Under the pieces are notes generated by a model. It was not told where the DNA came from and ran no database searches. It worked only from the letters and a program-made list of their open reading frames with translations. A DNA stretch of 64,000 nt, from assembly GCA_043778785.1 (NCBI GenBank), contig JAYWFN010000283.1:18060-82059 (forward strand). Direction: 5' to 3'. Below are positions 45,535 through 54,445 of this stretch, in pieces (positions within the stretch are counted from its first letter, which is position 1; each line of letters starts with the position of its first letter). Origin of the DNA: Sphingomonas sp. Its GTDB lineage: Bacteria; Pseudomonadota; Alphaproteobacteria; Sphingomonadales; Sphingomonadaceae. The translations under genes were made by a program, and so were the position numbers.

Positions 45535-47544
45535 TTATGTTGCTTGTGGTATCAGCTCAGGCCCCAGTGCCGCGCGCAGGGGCGCAAGATAGGGCGCATA
45601 ATTTTCCCATTGGTCAAGGCCGCTGGTAAAGATCGGCTGGCGCACCTGTTCGGAACTTGGCGTCCGTACCGCGCGCTCGCTTTGATGGAAATTGAGGCAG
45701 GCCGCTTCGAACGGTAGGCCCACATAGTCGAGGATGCGGCGGACCTGCGTTTCAAGGTCCGCGACAACATCCTCATAGCGGACACGCAAGACTTTGCCGG
45801 GCAGCACTGCGTCCCAATGCGCCATCAGATCGACGTAGCCCTTGTAGTAACGGCCGACTTCTTCGAGCCCGTACGTAAACTCCTGCCCTTCGGCGAAAAG
45901 CTGTTTGAAACCACTGAAGCAACAACCCATCGCATCACGCCGCGCATCGATGATCCTGGCATTGGGCAGGATGAGATGGATCAGCCCGATATGCCGGAAA
46001 TTGTTCGGCATCTTGTCGATGAAAAACGGTGCCCCCGTTTTGCGGTGGATCGCCGTGTCGCGGATATAGGCTTCACCGAACCCCGTCAGTTCTTGGTCTG
46101 ACAATTCGGCCAGATTGGCGGGATAGCGCGCTTCCTCGCCGACCCGCCGACGACCGTCAATCTTGTGCGCGAGCGCCAGGATATTGGGCAATTCCATCGT
46201 GCCCTCGACTTGCGAATGCGATGCGAGGATTTGTTCGAGCAATGTCGACCCGGCGCGCGGCAGTCCGACAATGAAAATCGGATCGGGCGCCGCGCACCCA
46301 GCGCCTTTTTTGGCATCGAACAATGCCGTGTTGCCGTGGTCGATCTGCGCCTGCATTTCCTTGTCGATCCGCGTCGCGTCATAACGGACTTCTTCGCGTT
46401 TCAGGCGGTTGCCGCGCTCATAATAAACGAAAGAGTCGGTATAAGCGCTCTGATCCTCAAGTGCTTTGCCGAGCGCAAAACACAAGTGATAGCGATCCAC
46501 CAACTGCGTTGTATCCGCGTCCTCGATCACCCGCATGTCGGCGATCTGGTCATCGGAAAAACGGTAGGTTTTAAGGTTCGCGAGGCTCCAATAGGCATCG
46601 CCGAAATCAGGACGCACGTCGTGGGCGCGAATGTAAGCAGCGATGGCGTCGGGCAACCGGCCAATCGTTTTGAGCGCATGACCCATCGTCAAATGAACGC
46701 CCGGATTGTTTGGCGTTTCGGCTGCCCGGTGCCGGTAGATGCTCAGCGCTTCGTCGAAATTGCCGACCGCAAGATTCTGGTTGGCATAAAGCATGTCCAA
46801 CTGCGGGTTGCCGGGCTCCTTTGCGCGCAGGACGGCGGCCTGTTCAAGCGCTTCGGCAAACTTCTGGCGCTTGTTGAGAACGCCGACATAATCGAAATGC
46901 GCGCCGGTATTATCGGGTTCGAGCACCACCGCCGATTGGAGCAAAAACTCCGCTTCTTCGAATGAACTGAATTTCGTGCCGATGTCTGCCAGGAACCGCA
47001 TCCCCTCGACATGATGCCCCTTGGTCTGGAGAAAATGGCGGCAGAGATTTTCGGCCTTTTGAAACCGGCCTTCCTGAATCAAGCTGGCGACGCTCAGCAA
47101 TTCGGTCGGCAGGGTGGACAGATAGTCGCGCTGCGCCATGGCCATATCGGCCGCTTGAACCCGGCCCGCTTCCTGATGCAGATCGGCCAGCATCGTCCAG
47201 CTGCCAAGCAGTGCACTGTTGTGGGAAACTGCCTCTTGATATGCCGCCAGCGCGGCACCGGGATCGCCGCTGTCGCGCAAACAATGCCCGCGCTCCTGAT
47301 GCGCGCGGCCATTGGTTTTATCGAGCGCAATGAGTTTATCGACCAATATCAGCGCGCGGTCGAAATTGAGCTGGTATCGTTCGGCGACAACGCGCGTGTA
47401 GAGCGCATCGCCGTGGAGCGGATCAAGGGCAAGTGCCGCATCGCACGCCGCGGCAGCGTCAATGAACTGCCCATTCTGCACCATGTCTCGCGCCCGGCTG
47501 ACCAGCACGTCAATCTCGCGTGTGGCATCGGCAGGTGGCGTCAT
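45535..47544 (-). CDS. TPR-repeat protein fused to a sulfotransferase domain
   Basis: 669 aa. The N-terminal ~370 aa are TPR-like. The C-terminal part has a PAPS 5'-phosphosulfate-binding-like loop (IVGLPRAGSTLLEQIL) and later RRDAMGCCFS. Confidence 0.75.
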   Translation of the reverse strand: MTPPADATREIDVLVSRARDMVQNGQFIDAAAACDAALALDPLHGDALYTRVVAERYQLNFDRALILVDKLIALDKTNGRAHQERGHCLRDSGDPGAALAAYQEAVSHNSALLGSWTMLADLHQEAGRVQAADMAMAQRDYLSTLPTELLSVASLIQEGRFQKAENLCRHFLQTKGHHVEGMRFLADIGTKFSSFEEAEFLLQSAVVLEPDNTGAHFDYVGVLNKRQKFAEALEQAAVLRAKEPGNPQLDMLYANQNLAVGNFDEALSIYRHRAAETPNNPGVHLTMGHALKTIGRLPDAIAAYIRAHDVRPDFGDAYWSLANLKTYRFSDDQIADMRVIEDADTTQLVDRYHLCFALGKALEDQSAYTDSFVYYERGNRLKREEVRYDATRIDKEMQAQIDHGNTALFDAKKGAGCAAPDPIFIVGLPRAGSTLLEQILASHSQVEGTMELPNILALAHKIDGRRRVGEEARYPANLAELSDQELTGFGEAYIRDTAIHRKTGAPFFIDKMPNNFRHIGLIHLILPNARIIDARRDAMGCCFSGFKQLFAEGQEFTYGLEEVGRYYKGYVDLMAHWDAVLPGKVLRVRYEDVVADLETQVRRILDYVGLPFEAACLNFHQSERAVRTPSSEQVRQPIFTSGLDQWENYAPYLAPLRAALGPELIPQAT

Positions 47545-47633
47545 TGTTGAATCCCCGTCATCGAGCCCGGGTATAGAGGATATGGAGGCCGAAGTAAGGA
47601 TGCTCGTGCCGTTTCAAATTGGACCGTCTCTGT

Positions 47634-47681
47634 AATGTCCGGCACCGGCGTTCCTGCTGTGGGACGCCGGTGCCGGACATT
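47634..47681 (-). terminator. Perfect 18-bp stem hairpin immediately after the TonB-receptor stop codon (terminator/attenuator or mRNA-stabilising element)
   Basis: AATGTCCGGCACCGGCGT-(12 nt)-ACGCCGGTGCCGGACATT. The stem abuts the TAA at 47682-47684. No clear U-tract follows on the transcribed strand. Confidence 0.5.
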
Positions 47682-50390
47682 TTACATCTTGAACGAGACG
47701 CGCATGCCGATCGTCCGCGGACGCGACGTCGTGATACGTGTTTCGCCGTCGTTGCCGCTCTTGTAGAGTTCGGGGCGCGCATCGCTCAGATTTTCGCCGA
47801 AGATTTCGATGCCCCAATTATCCTTGTTCACACCGAATGACAGGCTGAACGTGTTGTAGGCTGCCTGCGGCAATGATGCCTTGAGCGGGACGACGACATC
47901 GCCGGGCTTTACGGTCACGCCATTATAGGTGATCGGGATGCTGCCCGCATAGCCGAGCGTCGGGTTGAAGCTCTGATAGCGGATATCGACATTGTCGATG
48001 TCCGACGACACGCTGCTCCCGACATGATGAAACGCCGCCTGGAAGAACGGTGTCAGACCCGACGCCAGTTCCTTTTCATAGCGCAAGCGGATGTTGCCCT
48101 GAAACTTGGGACTAAGTGCAAGCGGGCTGCCGAGCGGCAGCAGCACAGTCGTCTTTTTGACATATCGTGTCAGCTTCGAGTCATTATACGAAAAGGCCGC
48201 GTTGAGCGTCAGCTCGGGTGTCGTCCGCCATGTCACATCACCTTCGACCCCGTTGATGCGGGCATCGGCGAGATTGGTGGTAAAGGTCTGGTTCGAAATA
48301 TTCTGGTCAAACACCGTCATCTGGATGTTCGACCAGTCGATCCGGTACGCTGCCAGATTGATCTGGAGCGATTTGTTCAAAAGCGACAGTTTCGTGCCGA
48401 TTTCATAGTTTTTCACTTTGTCGGGCGTGTAGACCGCGAGCTTGGCGAAATCGGCGGCCGTCGGACATGTCGCCGATGGGACGTTGCATGGCTTGCGATT
48501 GAAGCCGCCCGGGCGGAACCCGTCCGAGTACGTTACATAAGCCAACGAGCCGTCGCCGAACTTATAGGTCAGATTGCCCTTGACGAGCACGCCCGAATAG
48601 GTCGCGGGCGACACCTTTGCGAGCAGGGTGTTGAGGTTAGCACTGATCCCGTAAAATTGGGGCGGCGTGGCCGATGCCGTATATGTGCCTGTGGCGGGGT
48701 TGTAGATGCCGCGTGCACCCGTCCCGAAGCTGGTGCTCGACGACCCGTTCTGTGACGCCTTTTCATTATAGTAACGCAATCCGCCGGTGATGGTCAGTGC
48801 GTCGGGCACGATGTCAAACGACGCTTCTCCGTAAACGGCAAACTGACGGTCGCGGCGCTGGACGTCGTTGAAAAACCCGACATTCACGGGCCGGATGCTA
48901 TTGTCATAGGCATTTACGGCTGGGTTAGGACGGCGCGGATAGATGAACCCCGCATCGGTCAGCAGATACGACCAATCGGTATTATCATACAGCTTGTTGA
49001 CGTCATAAAACACGCCGAACGTTCCGCGGATGCGCTCTTTGGCCGGTGTCGTGATGCGGAATTCATGCGTATAACGCTTGGTCTTGTTGCGCACCTGATA
49101 GCTTTTGTTCGGCGCGTAGCAGGTGTTGCCGATGTTGCCGTTATAGGCCGCCGTATAATAAACGCCGCGGTCGCATTCATAATAAGGGACGAATAGTCCG
49201 ATATTCGAATAACGGGCATAATCCGCTTTTTGCAGCGCATTATGGTTCAGATAGGATCCCGTATAAATCATATCGAGAATGCCGAGGCGACCGTTGATCG
49301 TCAGCGTCGTCAGGTCGAACTTGTCGTTCAATGAATTCTCGTTGAACTGCGTTACTTTCAAATCGCCGACTGCGGGTGCGTAGTCGAAAGCCCCGTCCGA
49401 CTTCAGTTGCTGGCGCACATGCATGACGTCGATCGACCAGTCATCGCTGATCTTCAACGTCGCGGCAATGCGTCCACCGGTATACGAAGCATCATTGTAG
49501 TTATCTTCGACAAAGCGGTCATTGTTGATCGTCCGTCGCGTCGGCGCAACATATTGACTGCCGTTGCAATTCGGGATCACCGTGGTCGCCGTCAGCTGGC
49601 ATGATTGCAGCGCGCGCATGACAAGGAGCGGATTGCCCGTCGGCAGCTTGCCCGCCACCCCGACGTTGGCGTTGAACGGCATCTGGAACGTGCCGGGGAC
49701 ATTGTCGATATAGCCGCCCTGCTGGTCATTATACAGCACGACACGGACGGCGAGCCGGTCTTCGATCACCGGAATGTTGATGAACCCGTCGCCGGCAACG
49801 CTATTCTTGCCACCCTTGGTGAACGAATAGCTGCCGTTAAACCCGGCATGGAATTCGGTGAGGTTTGGCTTGTTGGTGATGTAGCGGACGGCACCGCCCA
49901 TCGCGCTGGCCCCGAACAGCGTTCCCTGCGGTCCGGCAAGCACTTCGACACGCTGCAAATCGGCTGCATAAATATCGAGATTGCGGCCAACCAGCGACGC
50001 TGGCGCATCATTCAGATACAGCGCGACACTCGGCGCGGTCCCTGCCGTCCCCTGAATCTGCAAGCCCGGCGAATCGGTTGAAAGGCCACGAATGAAAATC
50101 GACGACGTGCCGGGCCCATGCGAGGCGCTGCGGACATTGGGGAGGAATTCAATCAGCTTTTCAAAGTTGGTGACATTCAATTTTTCCAGCGATGCGCCAC
50201 TCAATGCCTGAATGGCAATCGGGATCCGGTTGAGCGATTCTTCACGACGCGTTGCCGTGACGACGATATCAGGGATGCCCTTGTCAGCACCGGTTGCCGG
50301 TGTTGCCTGTTGTGCAAAGACGGGCGCGCCGCCTGCGCCAAACGCGACCAGCGCGAGGGCGGCTGTTGAACGCTTCCAACTTGATTTCAT
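47682..50390 (-). CDS. TonB-dependent outer-membrane receptor
   Basis: 902 aa. Has a signal peptide, a plug region (DIVVTATRREESLNRIPIAIQALSG) and a long beta-barrel with Y/G/N-rich strands. Confidence 0.9.
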   Translation of the reverse strand: MKSSWKRSTAALALVAFGAGGAPVFAQQATPATGADKGIPDIVVTATRREESLNRIPIAIQALSGASLEKLNVTNFEKLIEFLPNVRSASHGPGTSSIFIRGLSTDSPGLQIQGTAGTAPSVALYLNDAPASLVGRNLDIYAADLQRVEVLAGPQGTLFGASAMGGAVRYITNKPNLTEFHAGFNGSYSFTKGGKNSVAGDGFINIPVIEDRLAVRVVLYNDQQGGYIDNVPGTFQMPFNANVGVAGKLPTGNPLLVMRALQSCQLTATTVIPNCNGSQYVAPTRRTINNDRFVEDNYNDASYTGGRIAATLKISDDWSIDVMHVRQQLKSDGAFDYAPAVGDLKVTQFNENSLNDKFDLTTLTINGRLGILDMIYTGSYLNHNALQKADYARYSNIGLFVPYYECDRGVYYTAAYNGNIGNTCYAPNKSYQVRNKTKRYTHEFRITTPAKERIRGTFGVFYDVNKLYDNTDWSYLLTDAGFIYPRRPNPAVNAYDNSIRPVNVGFFNDVQRRDRQFAVYGEASFDIVPDALTITGGLRYYNEKASQNGSSSTSFGTGARGIYNPATGTYTASATPPQFYGISANLNTLLAKVSPATYSGVLVKGNLTYKFGDGSLAYVTYSDGFRPGGFNRKPCNVPSATCPTAADFAKLAVYTPDKVKNYEIGTKLSLLNKSLQINLAAYRIDWSNIQMTVFDQNISNQTFTTNLADARINGVEGDVTWRTTPELTLNAAFSYNDSKLTRYVKKTTVLLPLGSPLALSPKFQGNIRLRYEKELASGLTPFFQAAFHHVGSSVSSDIDNVDIRYQSFNPTLGYAGSIPITYNGVTVKPGDVVVPLKASLPQAAYNTFSLSFGVNKDNWGIEIFGENLSDARPELYKSGNDGETRITTSRPRTIGMRVSFKM

Positions 50391-50745
50391 GATTTTTCCC
50401 CTGATTTCGCCCCTTTTCCCGAGGCGTTATTTTGACGTTAAATAATCGACCGAGAGTGTTTGGATCGATTGGCGCACGCAAATGACCAATTTTGAATGAC
50501 CGGTAAGAAAAATTACCTCTGCCTCAACCTGCCACGGCGCAGAGCTAAGCATATTGTTACAGCGCGATGCCATATCAAAATGCGCCCATGACATCGCATT
50601 TATGCATGGCGCTCTGCGTGTTGCGCGTGTTTTACATATGTCAGATCGTCGTTCGGTACGTCTTATCGCCGTCCGGTCGCGTGCGATATTTTCCCTATGT
50701 GCCGGATGCCCAGCACGCCAACCCGATCACAAAAGAGACGCAACA

Positions 50746-51600
50746 TTGGCTGACCGCAAGTTCATTCTGACCCTCGCCTGCAAAGACAGGCCTGGTATCG
50801 TTTCGCGCGTTTCGACGCACATTTTTGAATCACAGGGAAACATTCAAGACTCAAGCCAGTATCACGATCCCGAGACCAACCAGTTTTTCATGCGTGTCGC
50901 TTTCGGGCTGCCGGCCGATGCGGCAGTGCCCAACGCTGCCTTTGCCCTGCTGGCCAACGACTATGGCATGCACTGGCACATCCGCGAAAGCACCGAGCGT
51001 CAGAAAGTCCTGATTCTCGTCTCCAGATTCGATCACTGCCTCGTCGATTTGCTCTACAGGCTGCGTATCGGCGAACTTCAGATGGACGTGACGGGCATCG
51101 TCTCCAATCATCCGCGCGAGGCGCTCGGCACGCTCGACTTTGGGGCCATCCCCTTCCACCATTTGCCGGTGACCAGAGAGAACAAAGCGGCGCAGGAAGC
51201 GCGAATCTGGGAAATTTTTACGCAAACGGGTTCAGACCTCGCGGTTTTGGCGCGTTACATGCAGATCCTCTCGGACGATCTGTCCGCGAAGTTCAATGGG
51301 CGCTGCATCAACATTCACCACAGCTTCCTGCCGGGCTTCAAGGGCGCAAAACCCTATCACCAAGCGCATCGGCGCGGTGTCAAAGTCATCGGCGCAACGG
51401 CCCATTATGTGACGACCGACCTCGATGAAGGGCCGATCATCGAGCAGGATGTCGAGCGGATCAGCCATGCCGACACCGCCGACGATCTCGTCCGCAAGGG
51501 GCGCGACATCGAACGTCGGGTTTTGTCACGCGCCGTTAGCCTTCACCTCGACGGCCGCGTTATCCTGAACGGCGAACGAACCGTGGTGTTCAGGGATTGA
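50746..51600 (+). CDS. purU: Formyltetrahydrofolate deformylase
   Basis: Has the ACT domain ([19 protein letters not shown]) and formyltransferase core ([20 protein letters not shown]...[17 protein letters not shown]). I infer a TTG start at 50746, which gives a typical ~284-aa length. The upstream in-frame ATG would add an atypical extension. Confidence 0.85.
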   Translation: MADRKFILTLACKDRPGIVSRVSTHIFESQGNIQDSSQYHDPETNQFFMRVAFGLPADAAVPNAAFALLANDYGMHWHIRESTERQKVLILVSRFDHCLVDLLYRLRIGELQMDVTGIVSNHPREALGTLDFGAIPFHHLPVTRENKAAQEARIWEIFTQTGSDLAVLARYMQILSDDLSAKFNGRCINIHHSFLPGFKGAKPYHQAHRRGVKVIGATAHYVTTDLDEGPIIEQDVERISHADTADDLVRKGRDIERRVLSRAVSLHLDGRVILNGERTVVFRD

Positions 51601-51616
51601 GCGGAAGGCAAAACCG

Positions 51617-52924
51617 ATGAAGATTGCCCTGATCGTTTTGGCTTTATGCGTTGCCGTGCACCCAGCCAGCGCCCAACCGCCAAGCGTGCCGGGAGCCGAC
51701 GCGCCAGAACTGGCAGCGATGGGGTCCGACGCCGTAGGGTTTCGCACCGTCACGCTGATTCACCCGAACCAGCCGCAGCTTGATGCCGCTGATCCAAAGA
51801 GCGGGACCGTTCCGCTGCATGACCGCAAACTGGTTGTCGATATCTGGTATCCGGCGACAATGGCAAAAGCGGCAAAGCGCGTGACCTATCATGGTTCGCT
51901 CTGGGGCGAACCACCCGGACCGTCCGTTGCTTTCACGCAGGAAGGGCTCGCGGTTTTGAACGCAACGCCAGCGGGCCATGCGCACCCCTTGGTGATCCTC
52001 AGCCACGGCTATAGCAATGCGCCCGCCGTGATGACCTGGCTGACCGAAAACCTCGCATCAAAAGGCTATGTCGTCGCGGGCATCCACCACGAAGACCCTG
52101 ATCCCTATGTCGTTTCGGCGGACAAGCGCGCGGCACCGAATTTCAATCGGCCGCACGACATCGCTTTTGTCACCGCACAGTTGCGGGCGACGTTGGGCGC
52201 GCAGATCGATCCCGAACGCGTCGCGATGATCGGTTATTCGCAAGGCGGCTATGGCGTCCTCACCGCAGGCGGGGCGACGCTTGATCCCGACGGACCGAGC
52301 ATGAGCCAAGTCGCTGGTGGCTGGCTGAAAACATATGCGCGGGGAACGGCCGCCGCTGGCGACATCATCGTGCCCGGCGTGAAAGCCATTGTCGCGCTCG
52401 CGCCGGCGGGTGGTTTGCCGAAAAGCGCGTGGGGCGCTGAAGGACTGGCCGCGATCACTGCGCCGCTGCTCCTTATTCAGGGCGATGCCGACCCTGTTGT
52501 CGATTACAAAACCGGCGCGCTCGCAGTGTTTGACGGCGCGGTGCATGCGGATCGCACCCTGCTGACCTATCGTCAGGCGGGGCACGCCATCGCGCTCAAT
52601 CCCGCCCCGCCGCAAATGCGCGGCAGCCTGTGGGATATGGACTGGTTCGAAGACCCGATCTGGCGACAGGACCGGATCAACGCGATCAATCTGCACTTTA
52701 TCACGGCGTTTCTGGCCGTGCATTTGCGCGGCGAGAATGCCCGCGCGGTGTATCTCAATGTGCCTGTGGAAAATTCGGACGAGGGCACGTGGGCCGCGCC
52801 TGCCGGAACACCGTGGGGCGCGTATAGCCCGGGCGGCGACGGGGTGACATTGTGGAAAGGCTTTCAACGGCGGCATGCGCGGGGGATGACATTGCAGTTT
52901 GGCGGTGCAAAAGCTCAGCGTTAG
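51617..52924 (+). CDS. Secreted alpha/beta-hydrolase (dienelactone hydrolase / PAF-acetylhydrolase-like)
   Basis: 435 aa. Has the signal peptide MKIALIVLALCVAVHPASA and the nucleophile elbow IGYSQGG. Confidence 0.65.
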   Translation: MKIALIVLALCVAVHPASAQPPSVPGADAPELAAMGSDAVGFRTVTLIHPNQPQLDAADPKSGTVPLHDRKLVVDIWYPATMAKAAKRVTYHGSLWGEPPGPSVAFTQEGLAVLNATPAGHAHPLVILSHGYSNAPAVMTWLTENLASKGYVVAGIHHEDPDPYVVSADKRAAPNFNRPHDIAFVTAQLRATLGAQIDPERVAMIGYSQGGYGVLTAGGATLDPDGPSMSQVAGGWLKTYARGTAAAGDIIVPGVKAIVALAPAGGLPKSAWGAEGLAAITAPLLLIQGDADPVVDYKTGALAVFDGAVHADRTLLTYRQAGHAIALNPAPPQMRGSLWDMDWFEDPIWRQDRINAINLHFITAFLAVHLRGENARAVYLNVPVENSDEGTWAAPAGTPWGAYSPGGDGVTLWKGFQRRHARGMTLQFGGAKAQR

Positions 52925-53372
52925 AAGTTGGACATGGGTTTTTGCCCGGGATTTCAGACAAAATTCATACCAAATGCGCATTTTGACTGCGCGCGAAGTT
53001 CACGAAGTTCTCACTGGTTTCCTACGCAACCTCCGCAACAATCAGAGGGGGTGAGTGACGTCATGGTGTCGGATTTCTTTACGAAGGTTACAAAGGTGAC
53101 ACTACGCAGGCCATCCGAAATACTCGGGACCGGGGGTTCGGGGCCAACGGATAGAAAGAGCCAAATCGGAACGTAGCAGGAACATTTTATGTAGGAAAGC
53201 GGTTCGTGGTCAGGCGACTGCGAAATGGCGGGTTGCGACGACGATTGCGACGTTCAAATGGCGCGCTTGCGACCATTATAGCAGACATTGCGATCCCAGT
53301 TTCTGACCCCGACACCCCTGAAAAAGCGAGCTTGGTATGGTGGTGTCAGAGCTAAGCGATCTCGATACGTGA

Positions 53373-53801
53373 CTAGGGCAAAAGCCTCAAGCCAAGGTCG
53401 GTGTAGAACCTGAGCAAATATCCATCGTGGTCCGCGACGACGAACTGGCGGTTGCCGCGCTCACGCCCATCCTGAATATACCAGCGCTCTTCAAGGGGGA
53501 TGAGCATCGAATACCCCATGGCCACGGCGCGAGCATAACGGGTGGCCACATTCGCAACCCGTATTTGAAGGTTGATACCGCGACCGAATGGCGGGTCTAA
53601 CGGGGCAGTCCTGAACCGACGGCCCGGGCCCTCGGCTTGCTGTAACATGAGGTGTGCGCCTTCGCAGTTGAGGTAGGCAAACCCTTCCTCCGCACGTTCG
53701 AACAGCAGCTCGAAGCCGAACAGGTCGATGTAGAGCCCGACCGCCTTCGCCAGGTCGCTTACGTCCAACTCTGGAATGAGGTGCGGTGACTCTGGCTGCA
53801 T
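53373..53801 (-). CDS. VOC-family (glyoxalase/bleomycin-resistance-like) protein
   Basis: 142 aa. LDVSDLAKAVGLYIDLFGFELLF...GAHLML...FVVADHDGYLLRF is the beta-alpha-beta-beta-beta module pattern. Confidence 0.7.
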   Translation of the reverse strand: MQPESPHLIPELDVSDLAKAVGLYIDLFGFELLFERAEEGFAYLNCEGAHLMLQQAEGPGRRFRTAPLDPPFGRGINLQIRVANVATRYARAVAMGYSMLIPLEERWYIQDGRERGNRQFVVADHDGYLLRFYTDLGLRLLP

Positions 53802-53929
53802 TGCATCGCCTATACCATAACAAGTGCGACTCCAAAACCGAACGCCGTTGGCACCTGAACAAACGGCAGCACTGGCTCCTTGCGACCTAGCAACGGACAG
53901 TCCGCTCCCCGCAACAAATCAGGCGCACG

Positions 53930-54445
53930 CTATCCTTCCAAAGTCCCGACTGCCTGTTCCCAAAAATGGATCAGGCCTGCGCTGAAGCTGGCGGGGACAT
54001 AGACGTCGCACGTGTCGTCACTGACCACGTGCAAGCGCACGGCGACATGGTCGATGATCGTGGCGGCGCTGGTGCCAGGGGCAAAGGCGGGGGACTCGGC
54101 ATCGAATACGCCGCCTTCCATCAGGAGCGTTCGCCAGCTCGCGCCCGAGAGCTGGACGCGGACAATGCCGCCGCCGATCGCGGTGATGGCACCGTCTTCG
54201 CCAAGGACGGCGGGCAGCGCGGTGGTGTCGCCCTCAACCAGCCAGACCGTGGGTTCGTAGCGGATCAGGCGGAGCGCATCGGTGCCGCCCGACGTGCCGA
54301 GGCGCGGCAATGCAATGCCCATCGCGGCTTCGAACCGTTTGGCGACTCTACGAGGATTGCTCCAGATTTCGAGCGCGTGGAGCGGCGCGGCGGGCCGCAG
54401 AGTGATCGTCACCTCAGTCACGATAACGCGCCCCCACACTGTCAT
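53930..54445 (-). CDS. soxG: Sarcosine oxidase gamma subunit
   Basis: It is the last gene of the sox block. TITLRPAAPLHALEIW...IRYEPTVWLVEGD is family-typical. The start is ambiguous: ATG 54445 or GTG 54421, both overlapping the soxA 3' end. Confidence 0.75.
   Translation of the reverse strand: MTVWGRVIVTEVTITLRPAAPLHALEIWSNPRRVAKRFEAAMGIALPRLGTSGGTDALRLIRYEPTVWLVEGDTTALPAVLGEDGAITAIGGGIVRVQLSGASWRTLLMEGGVFDAESPAFAPGTSAATIIDHVAVRLHVVSDDTCDVYVPASFSAGLIHFWEQAVGTLEG

Noticed and set aside
50391-50745. Possible ZTP (pfl) or other folate/purine-related riboswitch in the purU leader
   Set aside because: I could not find the conserved pfl 3' element (CCGCCUGGGC-like) or other riboswitch cores I know by eye. 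A covariance-model search (Rfam/Infernal) would settle this.
53201-53211. GGTTCGTGGTC resembling a tRNA T-arm, possibly marking an integration site in the low-GC islet
   Set aside because: I found no acceptor stem, anticodon arm or D-arm around it, and the match to GGTTCGAnTCC is imperfect. Treated as chance.
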